64,000 nucleotides of DNA from Octopus sinensis (taxonomy: Eukaryota). Position 1 is the first letter of the stretch; every line of letters starts with the position of its first letter. This document shows, piece after piece, positions 1 to 13,576 of the stretch. The DNA is taken from assembly GCF_006345805.1 (NCBI RefSeq), contig NC_043006.1, positions 42,718,001-42,782,000 on the forward strand, read 5' to 3'. The notes under the pieces were generated by a model. The model made no database searches. It was not told the DNA's origin and saw nothing but the letters and a program-made list of their open reading frames with translations. Made by a program: the position numbers and the translations under genes.

Positions 1-65
1 AAGGCAGGTGGAGTAGAAACAAACAAATGTATTAGTATGGCGCTCAGGAATAGAAATAGAACAAG

Positions 66-103
66 TCTTTTACGTTTCGAGCCTACACTCTTCGACAGAG
101 AGA
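66..103 (-). ncRNA. Variant minimal hammerhead ribozyme motif (CUGUCGA core)
   Basis: Minus strand reads TCTCT-CTGTCGA-A-GAGT-GTAG-GCTC-GAAAC-GTA-AAAGA. Helix II pairs, helix I is imperfect, and A6 is replaced by U. Confidence 0.45.
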
Positions 104-365
104 TACACAGAAAAGAAACAAGGAGAGAAAAAAATGCGTGTAGGAGCTAATGGCCTATCATGGCGTTCTGACTTCAGGCAGAAGTCAGATATCAGAGGTC
201 AGACGTTAGACGCTAGAGGGATAGTAGGGGAGATAACAGGGTCAAGTGACTTCGCCCCAACACGAAGGTGCGTGTGTGTATAAGAGAGTATGTATGTATG
301 TGTGGGTGTGGAGATTTGGGGATGGGTGTGTGGGTGGTGTGTTGTGATATGATATGTGTATGTAT

Positions 366-400
<35 letters not shown>

Positions 401-521
401 TATATACATATATAAACATATTATAACGGGAAGGTTTATGAAAATAACAAAAGATGAAGGCAGGTGGAGTAGAAACAAACAAATGTATTAGTATGGCGCT
501 CAGGAATAGAAATAGAAACAA

Positions 522-559
522 TCTTTTACGTTTCGAGCCTACACTCTTCGACAGAGAGA
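522..559 (-). ncRNA. Second copy of the variant hammerhead motif
   Basis: Same motif as 66-103, 456 bp downstream. Confidence 0.45.
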
Positions 560-815
560 TACACAGAAAAGAAACAAGGAGAGAAAAAAATGCGTGTAGG
601 AGCTAATGGCCTATCTGGGGCGTTCTGACTTCAGGCAGAAGTCAGATATCAGAGGTCAGACGTTAGACGCTAGAGGGATAGTAGGGGATATAACAGGGTC
701 AAGTGACTTCGCCCCAACACGAAGGTGCGTGTGTGTATAAGAGAGTATGTATGTATGTGTGGGTGTGGAGATTTGGGGATGGGTGTGTGGGTGGTGTGTT
801 GTGATATGATATGTG

Positions 816-850
<35 letters not shown>

Positions 851-1148
851 GTGTGTCTTTGAAAACTGTTATTGGTTTGCGTAAAAAAATAAGTACTGAG
901 CCACAAGTAAAAGATAGAAAATGCCTTAAATCAGTCTTGGATTTGCATATCACAGAAAGTTGTTTCTTTCCAGCATAAATTCCACAAAGACATGCTAATT
1001 TAATGCCCTGTTCTTATTTGTCAATTAACTTTTCCAACATGTTTAAATTTACATACTTTTGTTTAATTTCTCTTTTACTTGATGTCATTCTTAAACTGTA
1101 AGCACTGTAAAGTGTCAGAAAACGTGACATCAATCCTGAATTGATTAC

Positions 1149-1650
1149 CATCATCATCATCATTGTTTAACGTTCGTTTTCCATGCTGGCATGGGTTGGA
1201 CAGTTTGACTGGGGACTGGCAAGCCAGGAGGCCGCACCAGGTTCCAATCTGATCTGGCAATGTTTCTACAGCTAGATGCTCTTCCTAACACCAGCCATTC
1301 CAAGAGTGTAGTGGGTGCATTTTATGTGCCACCAGCATGGGAGTCAGTCAGGTGGCACTGGCATCAGCCACGTTTGGATTGTGCTTTTTATGTGCCACAA
1401 GAACATGAGCCATTCGGGGTGGGGGCACTCGCATCATCCACATTTGGATGGTGCTTTTTACATGCCAACAGCATGGGGAGCCAGTCAGGTGGATCTGGCA
1501 GTGACCCACACACGAATGGTGCTTATTGCGTACCACCAGCACTGGTAATGGCCAAACTACAATTTCTATTTGATTGTGATTTGATTTGATTTTGATTTAC
1601 TTGACTTAATGGGTCTCCCCAAGCACAGAATGTTGCCCAATGTACTAATT
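1149..1650 (-). mobile_element. RTE LINE 3' UTR fragment
   Basis: Reverse-complement match to 26640-27297, including the (GAT)n tail and degenerate 63-bp-unit motifs. Confidence 0.8.
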
Positions 1651-1710
1651 AATTCTGAGTAAATTTTAGAAACACTCTCGTGATGGTGGCATGTAATAAG
1701 CACCATTCAT

Positions 1711-1725
1711 GAAAGAAGCCCGTCG

Positions 1726-1756
<31 letters not shown>

Positions 1757-1779
1757 GTATGTGTGCGTGTGTATGTGTG

Positions 1780-1817
<38 letters not shown>

Positions 1818-2110
1818 TTTGTGTCTGTGTTTGTCCCCCCAAACATCGATTGACAACCAATGTTGGTGTGTTTACGTCCCCATAACTTAACGGTTTGGCA
1901 AAAGAGACCAAGTCAAAAATAAATACTACGCTTACAAAGAATAAGTCCTGGGGTTGATTTGTTCAACTAAAGGCGGTGCTCCAGCATGGCTGCAGTCAAA
2001 TGACTGAAACAAGTAAAAAGAGTAAAAAAAGGTCAATTTGTTCAACTAAACTGTTTAAGGTGGTGCCCCAGCATGGTCGCAGTCCAATAAATTAAACAAG
2101 TAAAAGATAA
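1711..2110 (+). mobile_element. SINE family 1, 3' half with duplicated tail
   Basis: gaaagaagcccgtcgtatat...gtgctccagcatggc...gactgaaacaagtaaaa, matching the full copies at 33498 and 43818. Confidence 0.8.
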
Positions 2111-2215
2111 AATTGATGATTTTAATTGTATTTGTTTCTTCTTATAATTTTCTGGGTTAGTCTGATGCAACCATTGTATGTACTCTTTTTTTTTTAATTG
2201 TTTCAATCATCTTAC

Positions 2216-2558
2216 CCAAACAAATTGACCCCAGGACTTATTCTTTGTAAGCCTAGTATTTATTTTATTGGCCTCTTTTGCTGATCTGCTAAGTTACAGG
2301 GACGTATGCACACCAACATCGGTTGTCAAGCGATGGTGGGAGAGATAAAACACAGACATACAAACATATATATACATATATATAAATATATATATATGAT
2401 GGGCTTCTTTCAGTTTCTGTCTACCAAATCCACTCACAAAGCTTTGGTTGGCCCGAGGCTATAGTAGAAGACACTTGCCCAAACTACCATGCAGTGGGAC
2501 TGAACCCAGAACCATGTGGTCGGTAAGCAAGCTACCTACCACACAGTCACTCCTGCAC
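2216..2558 (-). mobile_element. SINE family 1 (tRNA-headed, CORE-like)
   Basis: Reverse complement of the family 1 consensus seen at 33498-33898. Confidence 0.85.
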
Positions 2559-3489
2559 CTATGTGTTAAGATATATTCTTATTTCCTTATACATACATTA
2601 CTGATTATTTCGATAATACAAAAACGCATACCATCAAGTACTTAAGTTTTTTATTATATTGCTCTCACCTTTTCTTTCTTTACTATTTTGGCACTTCAGC
2701 AAAAAGTTATCACTTTCTAAAAATTTTCTTTATTCATTTTTTTGACAAATTTAAACAATTATATTCAAAGTTGAAATTTACCAAAAGCTCACACTTTTTG
2801 AGTTCAACGGAACATCTATTTGTTTGTATATAAAATCATATAAAAAAATTTATATTCCAGTGGGAACTATACCTAACTCCATATGGTTTATAAAAAATAA
2901 TATTGATTTCTTCAAACGGTGTTTCTATTTCAGTAAATTTCTTGAAGTTATAATTTATTGCTATAGTTTTGTTGTTAAAAATTTACAGCTCAACTATTAA
3001 GAAAAGACAGAGAATATTCTGCTGCAATTTGGGAGGGTCTTTATGCCAAGAATAAACACATACATGCATTGGTTCTATTTCACTTCTTATATTATTTCTA
3101 GTTAATTAGCAAACTAATTACTCAATCAACTGGGTTTGTCAAAGGTTTTTCATTGCCATTCATGACTTCACCAATAACAACAACTTGACTAATAATAATA
3201 AGAGAAGTGAAACAGCACTGGTGCAGGTGTTTAATATTGGCATGATGACCCTCCCAAGATACAACTAAGTGTGTTTCAATGCATGAGTTCACATCTAGAA
3301 TCTTGCAAATCAAATACAAAAACGAAAGAAATATATCAAAAACTTTCATTAGGAAGGGCATAGAAACCATGGCATAGAAACCAGCCATAGAAACCATGCC
3401 GAAGCTGACCCTGGAGCTTAACACTGCTCTGAAGCACACTGAATCCTATGAAACAGCCCAACCCATGTCAGTATGGGAAACAGATATTA

Positions 3490-4000
3490 AGTGATGATGA
3501 GGATGACAACGATGACGACGATGATGATGATGACATCAATGTCAATGATGAGGATGATGATGATGACGACAAGGATGACGACGATGACTATGACGATGTT
3601 GTTGATGATGATGATGACAATGGCAATGACAATGATGATGGTGATGAGATGATGATGACAATGATAACGACGATGACAATGATGATGATGACAATGTTGA
3701 TGATGATGATGATGATGATGATGACGATGATGATGACAATGATGACGACGACAATGATGACAACGATGATGATAACAATGTTGATGATGATGATGATGAT
3801 GACAATGATGACGACGACAACGATGACAATGATGATGATGCTGATGATGACGATGACGACGACACCTCCACCGCCAATGCTGCTGCCGCTGCCGCCACCG
3901 TCACCGCCGCTGTCGCCACCACCACTGACAAAAGCTATGACAATGACGTTGTTGTTGATGATGATGATGATGATGATGATAGTGATGACAACGACAATGA
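3490..4000. repeat. (GAT/GAC)n low-complexity trinucleotide tract
   Basis: Direct reading; explains the poly-Asp/Met/Ser ORFs. Confidence 0.95.
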
Positions 4001-5164
4001 TTTTAAGGTTAAAACATTTCAAGAATTTTTTTTAATCAGAAAGGAATGTAATACCCATAACTATTTACAGAGCCTTCAAAACTGGTGAAAGGGAGAAATA
4101 ATAGATTCTTCAAACTGGAGACTTGGCTCAAATGATTGCAGCAGAGAAGAACTCAGCTAAAGGCATTGAAGATGCCAAATGCTGAGGTTAAGCCAGGCAA
4201 CAGATTAAGTCTACTACTCAAGTCGATCACAATAGGATTTGAACTCAGAACAGATATACAAGGTATTTGGTTTCACATTCTTACAAGCCTGCTAATTCAC
4301 AAGCTAAGGACAATCGAATGTGTAATTAACCATGAAGAACAAATCAACAGAACAATGTAATTAAATGCTAGTCCCTTTAAAACTGTATCCACTCTGACAG
4401 TAGTAGAATCACCATCCCACTACATCTATACATTCAAAGCAGTTTGCTAAAGGTCCTTCAGCAACAACACACCTTTGATAAACTCAGTGGCTACTACTAA
4501 CTTCAGGCCATGACTGACAGAGAAGACATTCTTGAAACCGAGAATTTGAAATTACGGAGACAATATTTACATATCACCTGAGGAAATACAACTAGATCAC
4601 ATAATGCAGGTAAACAGATGCATAATCCAGTACCTGCATGCCTGGAGAACTATGGTGCATAGAAACAATTGTAGTGATTGAAAATAAATGTCCAGCTGTA
4701 CTCCTTCTTGTTGACACCAGATTTTTTTCAGTTATCTATTCACACACAACAGATGCCCAACTGCAAACCTGGAAGTACGTATAATAATACTACAGGATAA
4801 CACGGTGAAATATGAAGGTAGACGAGCTTTATACTGTACTGTATTACGTTCTTAACAGAATATGCCATAACTATATATATATATATAGTTCATTAATCGG
4901 TGTGCATTCAAAGCAATGATTAGTAAATTCATCAAGCTGGTATGCTTTTGAATCTCTTTAGCAATTCACAATAATGACTTTAATTACTTTTATTCCTACC
5001 CCAGTTCAACTAATTATATATATCTATCGTTACTTTTCATAAAAAGCCTTTACTTTATTTGAAAATGTGCATTTTCACTTATTTTTCTTCTTACTTTCCC
5101 CTTACATTTCCACGTGTAGTTTCTATTTTCTTTTTGTAACATATTTCTATTATATATATATATA

Positions 5165-5400
5165 TTCACCATCATCATGATCATCATCGTTTAATGTCCA
5201 CTTTCCATACTGTCATGGGTTGGACAGTTTGACTGAGAATTGGTAAGCTAGGAGGTTGCACCAGGCTCCAGTCTGATCTGGCAAGGTTTTTACAGTGTCA
5301 TGCTGTTCCTAATGCCAACAACTCTGAGAGTTTAGTGGGTGCTTTTTACATGCCACCAGCACATGGGCCAGTCAGGCTGGACTGGTATTGACCACACTCA
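5165..5400 (-). mobile_element. RTE LINE 3' end fragment
   Basis: catcatcatcgtttaatgtccactttccat... matches the reverse complement of 27120-27297. Confidence 0.75.
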
Positions 5401-5419
5401 AACATTATTTATATGTATT

Positions 5420-5830
5420 CTTTTCTTTTATTCTTTTATTTGTTTCAGTCATATGACTGTGGCCATGCTAGAGCACCACTTTTTGTCGAGCAAATCAACC
5501 CCAGGACTTATTCTTTGTAAGCCTAGTAGTTATTCTATCAATCTCTCTTGCCAAACCGCTAGGTTACAGGGATGCAAATACACCAGCATCGGTTGTCAAG
5601 CAATGTTGAGGGGACAAACACAGACACACAAACATATACACACACACATATATATAATTACATATATACAGCAGGCTTCTTTCAGTTTCCATCTACCAAA
5701 TCCACTCACAAGGCTTTGGTCAGCCCGAGCCTATAGTAGAAGACACTTGCCCAAGGTGCCATGCAGTGGGACTGAACCCGGAACCATGTGGTTGGTAAGC
5801 AAGCAACTTACCACACAGCCACTCCTATGC
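5420..5830 (-). mobile_element. SINE family 1, full length
   Basis: Reverse complement of the family 1 consensus; tRNA-like head at the right end. Confidence 0.9.
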
Positions 5831-6755
5831 CTATATATATTGAAAATATATACATACACAGACACACACACATACACACTCACACACACGTGTGTGTGTG
5901 TGTGTGCTTGTGTATATGTGTGTATGTGTCTTTGTGTCTGTGTTTGACACCCCTACCCCCTTTCATAGCTTGGCATTCTGTACTGGTTTGTTTACATCCC
6001 CATAACTTACTGATTTGGCAAAAGAAGCTGTTAGCATAAGTACCAGACCTAGAAACTAAGCACAGAAGTCAATTTATTTCTCCTAAAACCCTTCAAGATG
6101 CTGCCCCTGCACAGCTGTACTCCAATGATCATTACAAGAAGAAGATAGAATATAAAAGCATTCTGTCCAACATTGTAACGACTCTGCTAGTTTGTCATTG
6201 ATTTTGTTTATTTTTTCGGTTTCTTTTTAGTTGGCTATTTTTTAAACTTTCTCTACCAGCTAGTGTGCTAGTAAATAGTTTATTTGATCTCTAGTGTGTC
6301 ATGAAGTCAAAAAGATTAAGAACTACCGGCTTGTAGTGTATAACAGTATATCCTTAACCAAGCAAAATATACCATTAACAATTAAGGTATCCTTTTATCA
6401 CCTTCTTATTTTTTTGTAACCTTAGACATAGTACTACTGCACCTGTGACAGGATATCAATCATGAAAGCACCTTAGGTTCTGTAGAGGAACTTGGAGTTA
6501 ATACAGAGAAGGACATGGATGATTGCTTATGGTAAAAATAACGAAAAAATATATAATGTTAATGTGAGAATCAGTCAGATGAGAATAATAAAAGAACAGA
6601 ATAAAAATACGAGCAAGTTCAAAAGTAGCTTGTCTATGTGATATTACATGTTTTGCACTGTAGCTCAAAATATAAAAATTGGATTATGTGGAGGATAAGC
6701 ACAGAAAGCAATGTTTATGCATGAATGTGTGTGTGTGTAAGAGGGGGCTTGTGGT

Positions 6756-6793
<38 letters not shown>

Positions 6794-7082
6794 GGGCTTA
6801 TAGTTGTGTGTGTGTGTATGTATGACAAAGACACAAATAATTTCAGAAATATGATTTTCACACAGAGTTTAACAATAATATATTTTATATATAGAAATAT
6901 ATTCAACCTCACCCTTCTCTCTCTCTCTCTCTCTCTCTCGCTTTCTCGACAAATACATACATATACATACATATATGTGTATCTGTGTATGTATATATAC
7001 GTGTGTATGTGTGTGTATATATATACACACACACCACACACATATATATAACACACACATATATGTATATTACATATACATA

Positions 7083-7123
<41 letters not shown>

Positions 7124-7147
7124 TATATATATATTTTCAATATATGG

Positions 7148-7163
7148 TCTATCTATCTATCTG

Positions 7164-7250
<87 letters not shown>

Positions 7251-7290
7251 GTCTATCTATCTATCTATCTATCTATCGATCGATCTCTCT
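7148..7290. repeat. (TATC)n tetranucleotide microsatellite
   Basis: Direct reading. Confidence 0.95.
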
Positions 7291-8065
7291 CTATATATAT
7301 ACATATATGTACATGAAGGTACACATGCGGTGTCACAAGGCTTAGGAATTGTTGAAGGTTATTTACTGAACCCTCATTCATCGTCTTCGATGAGAGAATC
7401 CACCATATATATACACACACACACATATATATATGTATATATAATATATACATTAATGTATAAGCATATACATATAAACACATGTATAGATGTATATATG
7501 TAAATAAATGTGTTTGTGTGTACATATATGATATATACATATAAATATATACTATATATATATATCATATATACTAAACATATATATATAATATATATAT
7601 ATAATATATATATATATATACTCATGTACATATAGTCTTATACACATACACATACACACATATATATATATACATATATATATACATACACACACACACA
7701 TATATATGTATATATTCTCAAGTAAACATGCACAGACACACACACACATAAACAAGATGGCCTAAAGTCACGCTACCATTGAAAACATACAGGTATATAT
7801 TAAGTAGGAGTGCTACTTTTGGGCCATCCTATATAAGATTTCCTTTAGTAATGAAAGAAAAGTAATAACCACACACTTTGGAATTGGTTACTTTCCTCTG
7901 GACTCAACACTGTTCTATTATCCAAATTTTTACTACATTAACACTTGTTGTTGTTGCTTAGTCCCAAACTAGTCTTGATTGAACTAATCTACACTGAAAG
8001 GCTTTCTATTCCAGGCTCTGAAAATTCATCCCACATCACATATATAAGTATAATATATATGCTAG

Positions 8066-8130
<65 letters not shown>

Positions 8131-8296
8131 TATATTATATGTTATATATATATAGATATATATATATATATAAATATATATATAATATATATATATACTA
8201 TAAACATACATATAATATATATATATTATATATACAAATATATATATACAGTATATATACATACATATTTTACAATTTATATATATATAATTATGA

Positions 8297-9222
8297 ATAT
8301 GATTGGCAAAAAATGGAAACACTAGCATCATAGCATCATATTTTGATATCACTGTCAAAACCTTGTATTTTATGTTTTTTTTATTTATTATTAGTGTTAC
8401 TAATATGTTTTGCTAAACAAATTGCTATTTCTCAGATATGATCAGAAAAAGGTATTAAAATTAATTAAAATGACAGATATATTGGACTTTCAAAGAGGAC
8501 TTGTTGGTGCTCCTATAGCAGGCACTAGCAAAATGAAAACAGATGAAATGTTTGGTGTATCAAGAAATACTGTTTCGAAAGTAATGACAGCCTTTGGGAA
8601 AGAGGGAAATACTTTCTCGTCAAAACAAAACTCCGGAAGAAAACCAAAACCTTCAGATAGGGACTGTCAGACTTTTACGCAAATTATTAGAAAGGATCAC
8701 AAAAGTACAGCCCCCAAAATTATTGCAGAGCTTAATGACCACCTCAGGAACCCAGTTTCCACAAAGGCTGCACAAAGCCTGATTTCACAGGAGGGCTGCA
8801 ATCAGAAAACCACAACTTTCAAAAACAAATGTTGCAAAGCATTTAGAGTGGAGTAAAAATCTACAGAATTAGTCCATAGAGCAATGGAAGAATGTTATTT
8901 TCTTGGACGAGTGATTCTTTAACTTGTTTCTGACCACTGGCTGAGTATACATGTGGAGACAACCAAAAGAAGCACTTGACCCAGTCTGCCTTCTTCTAAC
9001 TGTTAAACATGGAGGAGGATCTGTAATGATCTGGGGTGCTATATCTTGGAAATCTGCCAGCCCAATGATTTCCCTTCATGGCAGAATTAATAGTCAAGAC
9101 TATTTAATCATTTTATCTGATCAAATTCATCCTAAGGTGTAATTACTGCCAAAGGAGGTCTAACCCATATTAAATTAAATTGTTTGAAGTTTAAGGCATT
9201 TCATTATTTTGTCCAGCCCCTG
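8297..9222 (+). mobile_element. Tc1-family DNA transposon fossil, internally deleted transposase pseudogene
   Basis: Motifs VSRNTVSKV, NSGRKPK, WKNVIFLDE and KHGGGSVMIWG. The right TIR ttttgtccagcccctg is followed by TA; the left TIR is degenerate (gattggcaaaaaatggaaacac). Contains stops and frameshifts. Confidence 0.85.
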
Positions 9223-9243
9223 TATATGTATATGTAGTATGTA

Positions 9244-9290
<47 letters not shown>

Positions 9291-9417
9291 TACATATATA
9301 TTATATATCTATAATATCCCGGAGTAAACACATCAATGTGAAACAAGGTGGAAAATAAGTACTCAAATACCAGTGGTAGAGTAAATGTTTATTTAAGCAG
9401 CAGAAAATCAACAAAAT

Positions 9418-9455
9418 TGTTACTCTGAGTTTCTCGTTGCCGTTCATCAGACAGT
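9418..9455 (-). ncRNA. Minimal hammerhead ribozyme motif in an inverted-repeat element
   Basis: Minus strand reads TGT-CTGATGA-A-CG-GCAA-CG-A-GAAA-CTCAGAG-TA-ACA. Helix I has 3 bp, helix II 2 bp with a GCAA loop, and helix III is the quasi-palindrome CTC/GAG. Confidence 0.55.
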
Positions 9456-9585
9456 CTAGCAAAACGTTGATGAACGGCAACGAGAAACTAGAGTAAAGAT
9501 TTTGTGAATTTTCTGCTGCTTAAAATAAAGTATATATATATATATACATATATATTATATATCTATTATAGATATATATATATAG

Positions 9586-9619
<34 letters not shown>

Positions 9620-9652
9620 CGTAATATATATACATATATATATACTATATAT

Positions 9653-9695
<43 letters not shown>

Positions 9696-9711
9696 ATATA
9701 CATGCATGAAA

Positions 9712-9975
9712 GCATGTGATACAGTGGTTAGGCTGTTGCACTCACAATCACTAGAGCATTGGTTCGATTCCCTGACTGGGTGATGCATTGTATTCTGAGA
9801 AAGCACTTCATTTTATGTTGCTTCAGTCCCCACCCCTTTCAATCAGCAGGGAATGTTGGCCTGCTCTCCAAGCCAGCAGGGTGGCATAATTTGAAGGCTA
9901 AAACAGTGCAAAAGTGCATTGTGACCAGCGATGTGTAGCAACATCTGATAGCCTGGTCGGTCACATGATCATGTG
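9712..9975 (+). mobile_element. SINE family 2 (tRNA-headed), diverged
   Basis: cagtggttagg...ggttcgattccc A/B boxes followed by the family 2 body. Confidence 0.65.
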
Positions 9976-10849
9976 ATATACATATATATTGTCAGCAATG
10001 GAGGCTTCTATTCATGGCCGAGTAGTAAATCTATATCAAGTGAGTGAGCCACTTCATCTTGATGGGTGTAGAAGATGCTGGTACCTGAGGTGGTTGTTCA
10101 GGGCAAGGGTGGTTTACAAGAGTTGGGTAGGGGGTATTTATCTCAGAGTAGAGCTGGAGGGGAACGAGGAAGTGCAAATCACTCTTTGTGCCTTCAACTT
10201 CTGATCTCTGCTTCTTGATGTCTGTTATTTTCCCTCGGATCCATTTCCTCAATGATGACCACCTGCCACTTTGACCAGTCCTTGATGCTTATCTCTCTAT
10301 TATTTGGGTCAATGAAGCAGCAGAGGAGAGTGGTCTTGAGCTGGTCTCAGAAACAGAATTTCAGATCTCTGCAGGGTCTGGTGCCTGAAGTCAACTCAGC
10401 AAAAAGGAGTTGTCAAGGGAGGCACATCTGATGTGTCCTGACCAGAAAACTGGAAATTTTATGGTCTTATTTATTCCCCATTACACATGTTTCATTTACT
10501 ATGCATGTCTCCCTTTTCTTCTTTCACTGGAGCTATTCTTCTTCTTTTTCTTTTTCTTCTTCATCCAATCAGGACTCATGCCATTAGCCACAAAGAATAA
10601 TCTCTAATTCGAGCCTACTCTAAGCTACTAAGAATGCATGTGGCAACTTGAAGATCCACCACATGTGATAGACTGGCAGTTGCACGGGTGCCAAAGCTAC
10701 ATTGTTATCCTCATTCCATAAACAGTGGCTTTTAATGGGTTGAGAGCTGAGCCATCCTGGGGTACAGAGGATTCACAATCTAGACTAGGGTCTGAAAGTT
10801 GACCACACCATAGTGGGTTACACCATGGTTCCTCTGCTTTGGGGCAGAA

Positions 10850-11030
10850 GTAGGAAGAAAGAGTGAGAGAAAGTTGCAGTGAAAGAGTACAGCAAGGTTC
10901 ACCATCACCACCCGCTGGAGCCTTGTGCAGCTTAGGTGTTTTTGCTCAATAGACACTCACAAGGCCCAGTCTAGGAATTGAAACTGCGTTCTAACGACTG
11001 CAAGTCTGCTGCCTTAACCACTGGGCCTCC
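10850..11030 (-). mobile_element. SINE family 2 variant, 5' part
   Basis: Matches 53320-53490 and 32590-32770. Confidence 0.7.
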
Positions 11031-11432
11031 ACTTCACTGGGGCTGCACCTGGGCTGGTCTTGATTGCTATCTAAATATAAACACTTCACCCAAACATAAA
11101 ATTTGTATTATTTAATTTTTCTGTCTGAAAAAATTCTGATAGGAAATTCTTTATGTGTCTATGTAACATGTAAAACTTCATAATTCTAATTAGAAAATAA
11201 AACACTTGGAATGGTGAATATATACTACCAAAAAAATTTCCAATTTCCTATTTTATTATACAAAAGCTCTGCAAATAATATTTCCATAATTCTCAATTTT
11301 AATATGTATTTTGAACTAACATACAACATGAGCTGAAACTACATTTCCCATTGTAATAATGGAATAAGCAGATGTGCTTCAAGTGGAAAGAGCTGGGATT
11401 TACTATAACTATCTATGCAATACATACATACA

Positions 11433-11474
<42 letters not shown>

Positions 11475-11642
11475 GTGTGTGTGTGTTAGGTATGGCTGTG
11501 TGGTAAGAAGTTTGCTTCCCAGCCACATGGTTCTGGTTTCAGTCTCACTGCATGGTACTTTTGGCAAATGTCTTCTACTATAGTCTTGGGTCAACAGAAG
11601 CCTTGTGAGTGAATTTGCTAGACAGAAACTGAAGAAGCCTGT

Positions 11643-11715
<73 letters not shown>

Positions 11716-11819
11716 CATACATATATATTTTGAGCATCCAACACAGTACTTATTCCACATCCTCGCGTTGTTTTTTCTTGCTTGTTCATGTTTGGATTGA
11801 CTATATATATATATATATA

Positions 11820-11871
<52 letters not shown>

Positions 11872-12075
11872 ATATATGTATATATAATATATATAATATA
11901 TATATATATATATACATATATTATATACATATGAGGCGTGAAAAGCCTCATAAGGGAAATTTTTAATTTTCCGTTTAAATATATTTATTTATATTAAGGA
12001 TTACTATAATAAGTGCCCTTTATATATATATATAATATATATATATATATATACACATACATATATTTATATATA

Positions 12076-13350
12076 CAGGGTGCGTAAGATATTTAAGGAC
12101 AGATTTGTGTTTATAAAAAAAACAGATATTAATAACATATGATAACTTCATTTATCAAAAAATGTTATGAGGATAAAAATAAACCATCTTTTCTATAATG
12201 TTATTCAATAAAGTCACCTTCAGCTTCAACAACTGTATCTTTAATGACATCTAAATCATCTACATTCTTGAATCAAGTGGTCCTGGTTCATTTTGGTTAT
12301 TACTCTGACTATGGCAGCTTTCAAAGTACCTTTGGTGTTATGGGCATGTTCATTGACCTCTCCCTCAACAACACTCCACATGTAATAGCCCAATGGATTG
12401 AGATCTGGGGAATTAGGAGGCCAAATGTTAGGGGTTATGTGATCATGAAAATTTTCAGCTGTCTATTCCTGTGTTACTAGAGCCATGTGTGATAGTGCAG
12501 AGTCTTACTGAAACACATGTGGCCTTCCATTACATATACTGTCTTCCAGGGCTTAACAATTATTTCCAGGACCTCAATGTAGGTGGCAGAGTTAACTCTA
12601 AGACCTTGTGGAAAGGAGTAAGGGGGCACCATATGTCCTTCATTACTGACAACCCCGCAAATCATGATGGTTGCAGGAAATTTTGCATGCATAACACTTG
12701 TAGGCATAACTCTTAGAACTTCAGAAAGGTCTGCACATAACCATCTGTCATTTCTTCTGTTAAGTTTTTGATCTTGGTTGAAGTTTTTCTCATTTGAGAC
12801 AAACCAAATCAAATCAAATCTGCTGGGTTTTTCAGTTTATTCAAGAGCCTTTTAGATCTGGTATAGTGATTTTCTTTTGCTTTTTCTGACAAATTGGCCT
12901 TTCCTTATCATATAAGATTTATATCTGATGTCTTCTTGGACAACATTTCTTACTGTTCCTTCTGACACATAGAGATCTTTAGCAATAGATCTCATGGACT
13001 TTCTGGGATTGTAATCAATGGTCTGTTGAACTTGCTGGATACATTCAGGTGTTCTGATGATTTCAGAGTGTTGAGAAAGCTTTTTATGCTTTGATGCTGG
13101 TGATATATTTCCATCTTCAGTCTCTAGCTCCTTACTAACCTTGCAGATTAAAGATCTGGCACCATTTAAAAATCAAGATATTTCTGAATCACTATGCTCG
13201 GCCTTTATAGCCATAGTAACAGCACGCCTCTTCATTTCTTAAGAAAGCTGAGGGTCTGCCATTATTACTTTCTGAAACAAAGATTATACAGAGTTAGCAA
13301 AAAATGCAGCAATGACCCCAAAAAGGTATGTCCTCAAATAACTTATCCAC

Positions 13351-13354
<4 letters not shown>
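12076..13354 (-). mobile_element. DD37D (maT) Tc1/mariner transposon fossil, full span 1279 bp
   Basis: TA-flanked imperfect TIRs (cagggtgcgtaagatattt / aaataacttatccactctg). Minus-strand translation gives WFVSNEKNF, FQ*DSALSH and WPPNSPDLNPLGYY, with 37 residues counted between the second D and the mutated third D. Confidence 0.85.
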
Positions 13355-13412
<58 letters not shown>

Positions 13413-13544
13413 TACATACATGCATATATATATAACATACATACACACATTTCCTTGCATAAAGAAAGCGTCAGTGTGGTTTTTGAAGATTTTTATAGAT
13501 AATTGATAATTTTTCATTGAAGAAAATCTTTTTCCAACATACAT

Positions 13545-13576
<32 letters not shown>

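Larger units (their letters stand above)
1..846. repeat. Head-to-tail tandem duplication, ~456-bp unit (Penelope pLTR/retrozyme-like)
   Basis: aaggcaggtggagtagaaac at 1 recurs at 457. The copies are nearly identical up to the (TA)n at ~846, and each carries an HHR-like motif on the minus strand. Confidence 0.9.

Noticed and set aside
3448-4035. Long Asp/Met/Thr-, Ile-, His- and Ser-rich ORFs (also 46440-47490, 51588-52900, 29282-29760)
   Set aside because: Trinucleotide microsatellites lacking stops in some frames; no domain content.
6451-6535. Possible exon DINHESTLGSVEELGVNTEKDMDDCL
   Set aside because: Weak acceptor, no recognisable homology, short.
9990-10800. Non-repetitive GC-richer stretch (also 4060-4860)
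   Set aside because: Stops in all frames and no motif recognised; probably an old LINE remnant but cannot be supported.
11930-11951. ATGAGGC/GCCTCAT 7-bp hairpin
   Set aside because: No CUGA or GAAA core in register; too short to be significant.
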